NCBI GenBank assembly: GCA_037447605.1
Contig: CM074805.1
Coordinates: 3,567,361-3,631,360 of the forward strand
Source of the DNA: Zygnema circumcarinatum SAG 698-1b
Lineage: Eukaryota > Plantae > Zygnematophyceae
DNA length: 64,000 nucleotides
Direction of reading: 5' to 3'
In this document: piece after piece, positions 37,601-50,239 of the stretch
Layout of the letters: each line of letters begins with the position of its first letter
Numbering within the stretch: position 1 is the stretch's first letter
Made by a program: the position numbers and the translations under genes
The notes under the pieces: generated by a model
What the model was told of the DNA's origin: nothing
The model's database searches: none
What the model saw: only the letters and a program-made list of their open reading frames with translations

Positions 37601-38198
37601 CTCCCCCTCTCTCCTCTTCTCCTTCTTCTACAAGTGATATGTCGGATTCGACAGCCATTGCCATAGGGAGAGGCGAGCTGTTCCAATCCCTCACCTTCTC
37701 CACCCCCCTACCTCTCCAACTCCCTCTCCCTCTCCCGCTCCTGCTCTCTACGCCATCGTTACTGTGGCTCGATTTCAAGCTCTCCGTCACTGGCGAGAAG
37801 ATTTTCTGCCTCTTTGGAGAGAAGACCTCCATGTGCCACGTCCCCCGACCTTCACTCGCCTTGTACCCAAAAATCTCTCCATTAGCATCACGGAAAAACT
37901 GAACTGCAGGCGAACGTTCTGAGCTAATTCTACCGTTTCTATGAGAATCGTATGCGGATTTCCAGCTTCCGTGGAAATGGTTTACTCCCACGACGCCATA
38001 GTCCTCTCCCACTTTCGATACTCTCCCGCTGCCTCCCTCCTCACTACTGCTCAAAGTGCTGCCAGAAACCATGGCGGCAGGCTCTACCTCTACTTCTCCC
38101 TCCCTCTCTCCTTCTCCTCTTATTACGCTTCTGGAGCGCAACTGCTTCAACAGAATGACTGCATTTGCTTCACTTGGGTCGCCCTCTTTCAAGCCCAT
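34637..38198 (-). CDS. DMP/DUF679-like four-TM protein with long disordered tails, 924 aa; exons 38198-36746, 36525-36404, 36220-36090, 35893-35745, 35556-34637
   Basis: All four introns are GT-AG with consistent phases (1,0,2,1; total 2775 nt). Core: YLARLAKFFPFGSITLFLCLQ...IASLGIGLAFAILLAFV...VIAHAVVSCCAFAALTVFSD...FLLLQHVLLLTCFILTLFI, resembling the DMP motifs LA.LLP.GT and HA..S..VF. Confidence 0.62.
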
Positions 38199-39291
38199 CC
38201 CTTGGAGGGAGGGCAGGAGGAGAGGGGAATATGGGTGCGGGTTAAGAAAGAGGGAAGCTGGAAAAGACAGGGAGATTAAGAAAGAGGGGGGGGGAGAGAG
38301 GGAGAAGACTGGCGGGCGGGGGCCATGGAATGGCGGGAGGGAGGGAGAGGGGCAGGGACGGAGGGAGGGAGGGAGGGGAGGGGCCGCATATGGCCGTTGT
38401 CCACAAAACGCGCTGTACGAACATGGCCGTTGCGGGGAACCCGGAGAGTGGCGCCCTACCGTACGGTATTTTTTTCCACGCGTGCGAAACCGACAAGTCA
38501 ACGATGTACGGACCAATGGAAATTTGCGTGACGGGAACGGCAGTACTGCTGACGTGGATCAGCCACGTGGGCTTTTGGGGATGGTACGGACATGCCCTTC
38601 ACCTACAGTACGGTTGAATGCATAAATTTCCCGTGTGGGAATGTAACGTTTAGAACCACACTGTTGTGTTATGAGTCTGGGCCCTCTTATGACTCATGAC
38701 AACAGAGAAATGGAAGTAGCATTGATCTCTCTCTTATGAGAAAAGGGTTTTTGTGTTGGAGTGTTATCTGGAAACTTCAACAACCAACTCCTTGCGGTGT
38801 GAGTGCTTCAGAGGGGGACAACTGTTGTATCCACGCCAACAAATAGCACAGCCAGCAGCACATGTTGAACGGACAGTCCCTGCAGCAAACAAGCAGGTGT
38901 CCTTCCGTTCAAGAACAACTCCTGCTCTGATAAGGCCGATGTCACACCTGTGTTGCCATGGCGGTTTGCCACACCTCAAACACTCCTTAAGACTTCTTCT
39001 CCCGGTCTTGTCGAGACTTGCGACAGAAAACCAATCACACAGAGGGGCACAGTGTCTCGGGAAAGAAAATGCTTTCACCGAATGAGAGTGTACACATGGC
39101 AACCAGCCCAGAGGAGGACTACGGCGGAGAGATTTTCCTATCAAAGCATACACGCATACCCCACGTAGGCTCAGAGTTTCTCTTAGGTATCTATACAAAA
39201 GGGTTACCTCCGTATAAGGAATTGATCGATCACCATCTATTGACAACTCATTCCTCTCTCGTTCTGTGCAAGAAAGACTATAAAGTCCCTT

Positions 39292-41482
39292 TCAAGAGGG
39301 CTGCGTGTTTTCCAGTAGCCAATTCAAGTACGCAGCACTGCCTCCGATGATGGGCAGAGCAATAATCTCTGGCACTCTGCAATACAAACAAACAGAGAGG
39401 GAGAGAGAGACAGAGAGAGAGAGGAGAGAGTGAGAGGAGAGAAACACAGGCCACCCCAACCATATTTGCATACGCAGTAATTTAGAGTAAACAGTGCTAT
39501 AACTTCAAATGCAAAAAGTGGTTGCAGGGATGGAATACTCTCTAACGTTACAATCATGCGGACAAGACCTCCGAACTTGATTCAGTGCAAGATAGCTGTC
39601 TCATATTGGGTTGTAGAGCAGGAAGAATGTAAAATCCTTCCAAGTGGAGACAAAGAGTCAAAATTCGGCTAGTCCAATTTCCATGCACAACTTGATCTTC
39701 CTGCTCCAGATTCAACACTTGCTTTGGCTCCAATTGCGAGTGCAAGGGGGCTACGTGCCCTTGTCTGTGCATGGGGACCCAAATTCAACCTGTGCAGGAG
39801 AGTCTCCGAAACTCCGAAAAAAAAATCACACTTGAAGAACTTCTCTTTGTGCAGAAGAGTTGGTGATGAACTTACTCATAAGGATGATTCTCTTTCACAA
39901 ACGTCTCCAAGGCTGAAAGGAGCGCCTGCCTTGTCTTTATCACTAGGAGGATTTCTGATTCCGTCTCAATCTGTTAACAGAAACACAAGCGGTGTCTCAG
40001 CTTCAGTGGCTTGAAGCCAAAGGACCCTCACAATTTCACCACCTAAAGAGTGGGCAATCTCAGAAGGAGACGTCGGCTCCTGCTTTCATGCTCAGACAGA
40101 GCACTCCCTAGCAGTCCCTCAGAGCACCCAAAAAGGTACAAAGTCAAAGACTCAGGAAAAAAAAAAAAAAAAATCCACCCATTCATTTGTGTATGCAAGC
40201 ACTGTGGTTTCATGTTACTCAAAGCAAACGTTGCACTTCTTACAACTTCATAAATCTTCCGGCATGCATGGCAACATCAGCATTTAAACGGCCACAGCAA
40301 ATGAACGAGGTAAGAATAAAGGCCTGACAGAGCAGGCCTGCCAGCCACAGCAAAAAGTCAAGAGCCAAAAATGCCGACCTTCCCCTGCCACCAATAAGTG
40401 GACTCCACTCCTGCGCCCCTCCGCACACGATGGTCAAGTTTCCTATTCAGCTCAAGTTTCAAATATGGTCACCAACCAGTGAATCTCGCAGTCACACCTC
40501 CTCACCATGCAACAACCATTTCTATTAAGGCGCTGCACCGTCGCAAGAATGAACGCACGCACCAAGTCAGATGTGAACTAGAATCATAAAATGGCTTACG
40601 AATATCATTGGAAAGCACACAGACAAGGGTGGAATAGCTTTACTCCAGCAATAAACAACATATCTCATTGGAAATGCAACAATGTGCTGAAGTTAGAAAG
40701 GCTCTAAACACATAAATGCTACAATTACTGAAAGGAACGCTATCCTTCACTTTTGTAAGGACTGCAGACTGGCTGACAAGGTTGCTTAGGGGGGATACTT
40801 GATACATTAACCTCCACAGGATAAAGCTTAGTTTTCCTGATTGAAAGTGAAATAAATTGAAGAGCCTCACTGCCGACTTGATTCTAATTTGATTCGTAAA
40901 CAGCAACCTTGCTCGAAAGACAATAATTCAGACAGCCAAATTTAGCGCGTCAGCTCACCTGGAATCTGATTTACACAGGCTGCTAATTTGGCCTCCACTA
41001 GGCCTTTGGCTAGTTTCTGACCTGCAGTAAAGCACAGGAACACGGGAAAAATGGGAGGCGTAGTTTGAGACCCGTGAGAACATGTACCGTATTAACAGTG
41101 TATCCTTTAAAGGAAGACTAGAATTTGACAATCCATACATCTCTGTGAGGCAAAGGCTTCAGCAAATAATCCAAGAGAAAACTACGAATAAGTACGTCAT
41201 TCAGTCATACCTTGAATTCTCAGATCATATCTGCGAACTTCAATGATCAAGCCGGCTCGCACCTGTCTCCTTGTTTGGCACAGTCACGTAGACTACCACT
41301 GCCGCCGAGGAGCTGCCTTCTTCGCCGGCCATAGCCGCTCGAACGCCTCCGTGTATCGCAGCAGAATTATTTGCAGAGCCAAGTAGAGAAGAGCTCTTCA
41401 AAGGATTCCACAGAAGAAAAACAAGAGCTGCAGCTGCTGTGATGGAGGGAACAAGCTCTCCCCTTGTGTACCAGGGGCGCAT
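39292..41482 (-). CDS. CUTA: CutA divalent-cation tolerance protein with N-terminal hydrophobic extension, 5 exons
   Basis: VVVYVTVPNKETG|QKLAKGLVEAKLAACVNQIPG|VESTYWWQGK|IETESEILLVIKTR...NHPYE|VPEIIALPIIGGSAAYLNWL; the start codon is tentative. Confidence 0.94.
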
Positions 41483-42778
41483 ACCCTTCCAGGGAATCCT
41501 GCACAGCTCCAAGGAACGGCCTTAGCTGAAACTCTCACAGTCTAGGGACCCTGCATTGCACAAAAAGAACACCAGATATGCAGAGTCACCGCATTACTCT
41601 ATTTAATGTTAAGAGTAACAAAGTCACTCCCAACCAAATTCCCCTACTCTACTTCTCAAGCAACACGACGAGTAGCTACTGTTTGGCAATTTCCTGCAGC
41701 ACTTTCGCATGAAAAAAAATCTCTCTCTGTCCCTCGTCCTGATTTCCAGGAACACGCGGAGACACGAACCTTGCAGAGAGCGAGAAAGAAGTCACGGGGG
41801 AGAGAGCAGCGGGAAAAGCGGAGAAAGAGCCCCGGAGAGGGGGCAAGCAAGAGGGAGAGACAGAGGTAGTGAGAGAGGGTGAGCCCGCAGGAGGGCGCAG
41901 AGTAACAGAGAGGGAAGGGGCAGAGGGGCGACCAGAGGGCGAGAGAGGGAGGGCTGCTGGGGAGATGGCGCGCCTCCCAGCTGCCACGTGGCGCCACATC
42001 CGCCCTCTCCGCTGCGAGCAGCAGGCGACGGGGAAGAGAGAGGGGCGACGACCACGTGCGATCCATCTGCACAGTTACAATTCCAGTAAATGTCGCTCAC
42101 TACAGTAACGGTCACAGGGAGACTCGTAAAGTTCGATGCTCCGTGGACGCGGTTCCATGGAATCGCCGTTCAAGGTGACGGAGATACACATGGAGCGCGG
42201 CCGTGTCCGGCCATGTTCTGGTGCTTTGACTCAAGGGGGTCGAATCTGATGCTTTTTTCTTCTTCTCAATACCGCGGAAAGCGAGTTAAAATAAAAAATA
42301 AAAAAAGGGTTACAGGATTCCGATTTAAATACACTGCTTGTGACTACCGATTCACAGTGATTTCGAAATTCAAATGTTTGAGACTTCTCTGGTCGGGAAT
42401 CCGCAAATGAGTATGTACCAATGCAAAGTTTAGTTTCAGTCCGCCTTTTATAGCTGAATAGAACACCAAATAAACGAAACCCTCTGATTCAACAACAGCC
42501 AAGACGTTCACACAAGGCGATGAATATATATTTGAAAAAATGCCCAGAACTATCCTCTATATGTAGTAGGTAAGTCGGATACATTGCTCCCTACTTTCCT
42601 AACTTCACTTGCATACAAAGCAACCTCACGGCAATCGCCCTTTCTACAAAGTAATCGACTTCAAAAAGCCGCTTTCCATCTCTGCCAGACCTATCTATGG
42701 CTTCAGCTTGGAGGGAGTATCTAGACAAGGTGATGCTGAAGGTCCCAGAGGGTTTGAACCATAATAAGGCTGCACGGT

Positions 42779-45446
42779 TCACTCGATTCTCTCCACCAAG
42801 AAAACGTTCCCCTTGTTGTCTCGCCCAATTCGAACGGCATCATCAACATATCTTTTTAAGTTCGTCAAGGCAAATCTCCTCCATTTGGGCCAAAAGTGGC
42901 GAGCGATGATGATAGAACAAATGTCGTACGTAAAACTAAGCAGACTCAATCCCTCTTGACTTCAAAGAACACCACAGCATTCTATTTTTAAAAGGAGAGA
43001 CACAGGAAAAAGAAGGAGCTTGCCACTAAGGATAGCTCAAAAGTCGGTATTGAAGGGATACGTGATGTCCAGCCACCCTTCAGGGTTGAAGATGCTGAGG
43101 AGCAGGTCGTAGTTCTTCTCAAACAGATTCAAGAGCTTTCCTTCAGCTCGCGGAAACAGGGCAGTTCCTCAGTAAGATCTCGAAGACAACTTACTTCTAT
43201 ACGAATCATGTGTGACATATGTCATAGCGCAGCTGGTTAAGGTTCAAACAAAACTCACTGTGGCACTCAGTGCTTATGAACGAGCAAGCAACCTTAAGTG
43301 GCTCTTTATGGCCTCTTGTTCACAAATGGGGTTGGAACGGGGGGACTACTTGGACACTCTTGAGGAGGATGCTCACCTGGGTTGGCACGATTGTGGACCG
43401 CTCAAACTTTATGCCTACTCGCTGCAAAATGCAGAAGAAGTCACCTTAAGAAACGAAGGAGCAGGGAACTAAGCAAACACTCAAGATTGCAAGTTGATGA
43501 AACATAACAACCATACATATGGCGCTCCCAGTTAAGCATTATAAGACTTTCCCACTTTACTTTCACTTTCAGGGCCCCGAAAGTTGTTTTCACACATCCG
43601 AACAAGCAGAAAGCAGAAGAAAAAGCAGGAGGGAAGTACATGATTTCATCTTTCCAAGTACAAAGGGCCTACTAGGCAGCACCTCAGGTGAAAGAACAGA
43701 GTAGGACGCCTCTACTGTGAAGGAGCCACCAAGCACGCCCAAACCCATTACATGGAAGTCCACCTCATTTACAGCCCTGCTCTGCAGATATGCCCTTGAA
43801 CCAGTTGGGTTAGAAGAGGGCCTGAACCTCAGAGAGAAACTATAATCAAGTACAAATGAATTGCTGGCTTTATTTTGTGGTGAGATAGGATGACAAGACT
43901 TCTCGTAAGGAGTGCAGTATATGCGTTTCTTTGCCATTCTACGTCCTAAGAGTTCTGCAAAAAATCTGAACTCATAAGCGACGTGAGGTGGCACTCGGTA
44001 TTGTAGGAATTGGCCAAAGGACGGACGAAAAGAAAAGGCATCTGAAGGGCAAAAAGCTCACTGCTTTTTCTTCAGCGTTGTGAAAAAGCTTTTCAAAAAG
44101 AATAATGGGCTATACCATAGATCGTTTTAGTTCTGTTGAATTGGCAAAAACCTGAAAGCAGAGGACGTTCTGCGAAAATTCGAGTTTACTTGCCTGAGCT
44201 GTGTCAATTATCTGCCGAAACTCCCCTAGCTTCACAAACTCTCGCAACCCAAGTTTCGTTCTGCGAGGGCCCAAAATGGAGATTGTGCTGTATAGCAACC
44301 GCCACTTTCCATCAACCTGAATTCATGAAAGACTTTGACAGTGATTAATGAATTGTGAAATAAACATGGTCAACAATGTGAATCGTCCTCAGGTGACAGG
44401 AACGGATTTCAGACGAACCTCCACGGATATGCCTGAACCCCCTCAAGGCAAGAAGTTGTTTGTAATTGCTTTCAGTGTGCCATACGGCGAACAAAATTGG
44501 AAATTGAATGGTGCATTACCTGATCCAAATGCTTTGTGGGTTCCTGCAAAGCGTTCAGGGCTTCCAGCTCCCTAATTAAGTTTTCAATCTGTAATTTTTT
44601 GACTGAAGTCACTCCAAAAATGCCTCTGTTCACTCCTGCAGACTTTGCATAACCCTCTCGCGCAATTTAGTGTCAATGAGAGGCAATGGCCGCGGTCAGA
44701 TGAAAGCCATTTCCCGCCATGACGTCTGAACACGGTACAGAATAGAGCAGCATGACTGATACGACAGAAAGTTGTTTTGGATTCTTTAGATGAGTCGATC
44801 CATTCAGTGAGCTGGGACCAGAAATAATGGCGGTTTCCTTTCAAGGGGCCTTCATCGACCTGGAGTACTATTAAACATCGACATTCATGAACACATAGAA
44901 TGTTTCTAGGCGTTTCCCGAATTCCAAAAGCTTTTGATTTCCCCGCGTGGCACCGAAAAGCCTAGCAGCAATGCCCGATAGAATGTAACCCTGAAGTAAC
45001 TCGGCCAACAAGCTCCTGCCCGTATCCAATCCCTAAAAAAATAAACTCCGTGCCTCAGATTCAAGTCCCTCATTACCTTCAAGCTCAGAGAACAGTGAGG
45101 CCTTCACTTCCTCTACAGCCAGCTCCGTCTCCTTGCTGATGCTATTCCGCACTGAACACCACAAAAGTCCCGCCTTCCGCCTGCCCCTCACTCCTTCCCC
45201 CTCCCTTCGAAGCTTCCATGACGGATTTCCAAAAACCCTCACATCCCCTTCACGAACCAAAGCTTTCTCTGACCTGCAATGTCTGCCGCATTCTCCTCCT
45301 CCTTCTCTACGGGAGACCCTAAAAGTGCCACGTGCCCCCACAGCAGGAGCTGCATATGTCAGTCCATGACCAGCGGGGGCCTCCTGCAGCAGAGGCCATG
45401 GCGCCCCTGCTCGCAGGGCCGCGCTTCCCACGTGCGACATGGCCAT
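42779..45446 (-). CDS. FBN5: Plastid fibrillin FBN5-type (PAP_fibrillin domain)
   Basis: Transit-like N-terminus; [56 protein letters not shown]|[23 protein letters not shown]. Confidence 0.9.
42852..43061 (-). other. Probable U12-type (minor spliceosome) GT-AG intron, last intron of FBN5
   Basis: 5'SS GTATCCCTT; branch site GCCTTGAC (42871-42864) ~13 nt before an AAG acceptor; no polypyrimidine tract. Confidence 0.7.
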
Positions 45447-45913
45447 GGCGCCTCCCTCCGCCGGCTCTTCCTCCCTCCCCGCCCTGCCGTACACAAAAAA
45501 AGCCAACGTGTACGAACCGTACGAAATACCGCCGTACTGTACTGAATAAAATATACGGATCAATGTGCACACTGTACGGAAATGAGGAAGCAGCCAGGAG
45601 GGGAGCTCTTAATATGGCTCCCGCGGACGCTTGTAAGGAAGGGAGTGAGGGGGGCGGCTGAGGGCAGCTGGGGCAGCCACGCAGGGCACGAGAGCGTTTC
45701 TTATTGAATCCTATAGGCGGAATATTCGATCGTTCTGGGGGTTATGCTTCAACTGTTTTCTCTTCTATAGAGCGCTTCGCTTGAATCTGCGACAGCGGGA
45801 GGTCCGTATTGGGGGAATTGGGAGAGCCCTTTCTCCTGATCCTGCTCCTGCAGCGGCTGCAGCAAGTGGGGAAAGGGGACGAGGAGGAGTGAAAGGAAGG
45901 TTCTAGTATAGCC

Positions 45914-46893
45914 ATGGCGGCTGCAGCGAGGGCTGCGGAGGCGGCCATAGATGCGCATAGAGTTAAGGAGGAGGAGGCGATGACGGAGCCACAGCTGGAC
46001 GCGGGAGCAGCTTTTGAGCAGCTTGGGAACGGTGAGCTTCTGGGTTGGAGAAATTTGCTAAGGTTTCAGGGCTCTATTAGTGTGTGAGGGAGCGAAAGAG
46101 AGGAGAAAAGGCGCTCTGAACTTGGCAGCGACACGGCCGCTATCACAACCTTAAAAATGATCAAGGGAGTCCCCTCAATTTGCGAACAGCCTAAGTCTTG
46201 GGATATTTATCAGGTCGTTATGAGTAACCGGCGGAAACTGCAACCCTGCATGGTTCTGTGCGATGGAGGAGAGGGGGGAGGGAGAAGGGGGAGGCAGGAG
46301 GGTGGAAGGTTAAGGTGGAAAGAAAGGAGAAGGAAGGGTTAAAGAAGGCAAGCAGCTCATGACATTCAATGTGCAAAGGATTTGCAGAGCTTATGAACGA
46401 CGACAAGGATGAAGACATAGATGCAAAAATTGAGCGAGCACTCAAGTGTCCATGCGTGGCTGAGCTTCGAGACGGGCCTTGTGGAGTGACCTTCAGAGAT
46501 GCTTTCGCATGTTTTATGAGGAGCCAGGAAGTGGAGAAGGTGAGTGACAGAAGAAGAGAGGGGTGGAGGAGAGCTGGGTATTGTGAGTGGACGAGCGTGC
46601 AGTTGAAGGCTGAAATGTTAGACCTTTTCCCCTGAGATCAAAATCTCATATCTTAGGGTTTGAGATGAATTCGGGGTGACATTCCTTCAAGGTTTGTGTT
46701 GGCTTGTGGGCCTTCCAAGTCAAGCTATTTACTCTCATCTTTTGCTGTGTGGTCCTGAACATGGGTGCAGGGCTCGGACTGTATTGACCAGTTTTTTGCC
46801 CTGCAAAATTGTGTTGTGGATCATCCCGCTGTATTTTCCGCTGATGTGAGACAATCGATTACAGAAGATGTGGAACATAAAGGGCCGACATGA
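45914..46893 (+). CDS. MIA40: MIA40/CHCHD4 mitochondrial intermembrane-space oxidoreductase, 3 exons
   Basis: ALKCPCVAELRDGPCGVTFRDAFACF...KGSDCIDQFFALQNC: CPC plus twin CX9C. Confidence 0.93.
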
Positions 46894-48211
46894 TGGGACA
46901 GCAGCATATAGAGAAACAACTTGCTTTGTTTCTACAATTGTTGAAAGGTAGTGTGAATGGTTGTCTATTTTTGTTCTTCACATTCGTTGAGTATGAAGGT
47001 TCGCTTACAGTAGTTCTGCACTTCAGATTTAGCAATAAGGACTTTGCAACAGGTCAGGAATCGACCGAGAGGGCTAATGACCCAGTTTTGTTGAACTAGA
47101 TGCTTCATTGCGTACATCGCTCGCTGCAGAAACGATAATTCAGTAAATCTGAGACAGAAGATTATCTTCAGTGTTACGAAATCTTAAGGCTGCTGTTAGG
47201 TGCACATCATTTCATAAATCGAAAGAGTATTTTGCAGGAGTTTGCAGGTGACAAGTTGTATGCTTACATTCTCTACGAATTGCATGCTGACACGTGGCAA
47301 CACAACAATGGACATAGGATGTGCACTGTAAACCAGCATCGAAAGTTGACTAACTGACCGATTGAACCAGTGCACTGAGGGTCATAAAAGCTCCATTCGC
47401 TTTTGGTGGTCGGACTGCTGTCAAACAGCCTCTTCCAACGGAGTAAGACAGGCAGACGTTTCACAACTGTCATATAATCTCCGAGCTCATAACAGCCCCC
47501 AACTGCGTTACCCTTCCAACACGCCAAACTGGAAGAGTCCACACGGTTGACAACACTGAGTCGCACGATCACACCGACCGATACTGATTCGCTCAGACTT
47601 CAAAATGGGAAAAAAACTGACAGCAAATGGGATGAGAATTTGGCAGGGGCTGCCTCCAGTTCAAACCAACCGGTCTCTTAAATTCCAGCCTTGTAACACA
47701 GTATAAATTATAAACGATCACATAACCAGAAGACCATGGCTACTCGCAACTGCCATTCTTGACATCAAATAGCAGGGCAAGAACATCCTCTAATAAATGT
47801 TCATCCACAAGCCAGATGTGAAAAGACTGACAGACAGTTGCACAGACATTCAACAGGACGAAGCACACTGGAGAACAAGATATCTTGCATTGGCAGAGTG
47901 CCTCCTGCATTACGCAATCACAACCAGAACAAGAAACATGCGAAAGGGTTAAAAGGGAATGCTCTTTTTAGGCTTAGGGTGAACACATCGCGAAAAGCCT
48001 TCATCTTTACTAGGTGGTCAACCAGCCGATGCACTCAGTGTATAGCCGAATATCTGCAAAACCGGAAGACTCGTAGGTACCTATTCTTCTGAACGCAAAA
48101 AATTAACGGGTCACGATAACGAGGCCTTAAATGTGTGTCGCACGAAAGTACGGGGCACGACCACTACATTCTCGTCATAAGTAACTGACTGTACAAGTAG
48201 AATCAAACATT

Positions 48212-49174
48212 CTAAGACAGTGCACTTGTGTTCACAACGAGGATAGCGCCAACTGCCAAGAGGGCAGCGAAAGTGATGGCCCACAAAGCAAGTCCGGCGA
48301 CACCTGCAGAGACCATAACATACCTGTCAGAACGAAAGTCTAAACCTCATGAATTCTGATGATCCAATTGCAAAAGCCATCAGTCAAAGATGTGGGCAGG
48401 CCGATAGACCGGCAAAAATCTTACCGCCCTCGTAAGTGCCTCCCTTGGCGCTCCATTGGTCGGGGGCCCAGATTGGGCTGCAACCAAAAACGAGCACGAG
48501 AGAGCAAAAGGGGCTCAGTCGAGATTTCACTTCATGGGCTAGCAGATTAAATAATTTGACTAGGTCAATTCGACTAGTCAATTAAGACAATGACTCACCT
48601 GTAGCCGTCCACGTTGGCTCCGTACTTCTTGGTGAACTGGTACGTGCCCTTACCCTGTGCAGCAACATGTAAAATGACCAGTAAGTGCGGCACTAGCACA
48701 ACGGCGCGAACAACTGGTAATCGCAGTGCAGGGTATAATCAGAGAAATATGTTTATCTCAACAACTCTACCACTTCTTACCTTTGTCTTGCTTCCAGAGG
48801 CATCAACTTTGATGTTGGTATCTCCGGAAGGGCCTGCATGAATAAATGAGCACCGGGAGGCCCCAATTTCCGAGAAAGAAATCAGTAACAGCAAAGTTAC
48901 CGCAACAAGCAGGATGCCCTTGTACACGCTATGGCTATCAGGTACAATGCCAAAATCAACGACTTACACCACGCACTTCCCATACACTAGCCTAACCCTA
49001 AACAAAAAGCCTAGCGTGCCTAGCGTAGTGCATACCGTTGGGAGTCTTTGTGATGGTCTTCTTGCCCCCGCTGGCCTGCACCTGCAGAGACCGCGAGGTC
49101 CTGGTGCTCTTCTTGACTGCCAGCGAGGGCAGGGCGACGCCGGTGAAGCTGGAGGTGGCGGCAAGGGCGGCCAT
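48212..49174 (-). CDS. PSBR: Photosystem II 10-kDa subunit PsbR, 5 exons
   Basis: Transit peptide, ASGGKK, VDASGSK, GTYQFTKKYGANVDGYSPIW, GLALWAITFAALLAVGAILVVNTSALS*. Confidence 0.95.
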
Positions 49175-49279
49175 GGCTTCAAATCTCAGAGGTTGCGAGA
49201 GAGACAGTAAGGCTTCTGAGCTTGCAATGATGCGAAAATGGCCTTTAGTGCGTGGAGCTCCAATGTGAGGCTCCTCTCC

Positions 49280-49420
49280 AAGATAAGAAGAGCCCGGGGC
49301 TGCCTCAAAAATTTTGCAAAGTTGGCGCGCCTTGCCACGTAGGACTCCAGGGTGACGTGGCGTCCTACCGTGATTTCAGGGACCAATCACGAGTGATAAA
49401 TGTGCCTACGTGGCGTCCAC
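49280..49420. promoter_or_regulatory. Light-responsive-type promoter module upstream of PsbR (I-box, three ACGTGGC G-box-like sites, CCAAT)
   Basis: GATAAG 49282; GCCACGT 49334; TGACGTGGC 49353; CCAAT 49383; TACGTGGC 49407. Confidence 0.55.
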
Positions 49421-50239
49421 GAAATCTAAAACGAGTATTTTGAAATCTTTTGGGTGGGCACGCGCGGCTGTGATTGGCCCAAAGTGAAACGCGCGGCGGC
49501 GAGGCGCCCAGCAGGCGGCGGCCTTATCTCGCGCCTTCCGTGGCTCAGATTGGAGGACGTCGGAGACCCCCTTTGGTGCGATTTACGAAGACTCGTGTTT
49601 GAAAGTTGCGCAGGAAGGGCGTTTTCAGGGGCGCAAACCGGGATTGTGGCGGGGGAGTTTACTGCCAGCCACCAGTTTTTTGTTGGTCGAAATGAGGATC
49701 GAACGGTCGGGAGGAGTATTTTTCGTTGACACGTGGCTAAGAGGTTTTGTATTGGACGTAAAATATGAGGTTTGGTGAAACGCATTTTTGTGGGAAGGGT
49801 AGAATTGCAAACCGAGGCCAGGATTGGTTTCCGGCAGCAAACTGCAAACTTTTAGGATGCGCAAACTATGACGCCACACCGACGTCACCTAGTTGCAAGC
49901 TTCCAGAAACTGAGCACAGGTTTGGAGAGGACGACGATTGGAAGGCGCGTACCAAAAAAATTGAAGGGGAGCTTCAAGAGAACCAGGGAAGGAATACTGT
50001 CTTATTTTTTGACAGCTCTTGTCGGGGTCGCCATGGACGCAGTTGGCAGAAGCCAGGGTATGTCTGAGAGGAGGAAGAGACAGAGTCATGAGTAGGGTCT
50101 CATGTGGATGTTGAGAGGCGACTAGCGGTGGCAGGCCCAATTTCAGGGCATTTGGGAGGCTTTATTGACTCTGCCGTGAGACGAGAGTCTGTCAGGACTT
50201 TTTTTCAAGGACGGCGTGCACTGAGCCTTTAGAAAAGCT

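Noticed and set aside
36267-38516. 749-aa single-exon ORF
   Set aside because: It reads through a CT-repeat intron; the spliced 924-aa model is phase-consistent and restores the TM core
43590-44870. Alternative FBN5 exons from ORFs 44584-44844 and the 5' part of 43590-43994
   Set aside because: No fibrillin similarity; other frames give the conserved exons
19895-45446. Plastoquinone gene cluster (prenyl synthase plus FBN5)
   Set aside because: The synthase looks like the GPS1/SPS3 (ubiquinone-side) type rather than plastid SPS1/2, and four unrelated genes intervene
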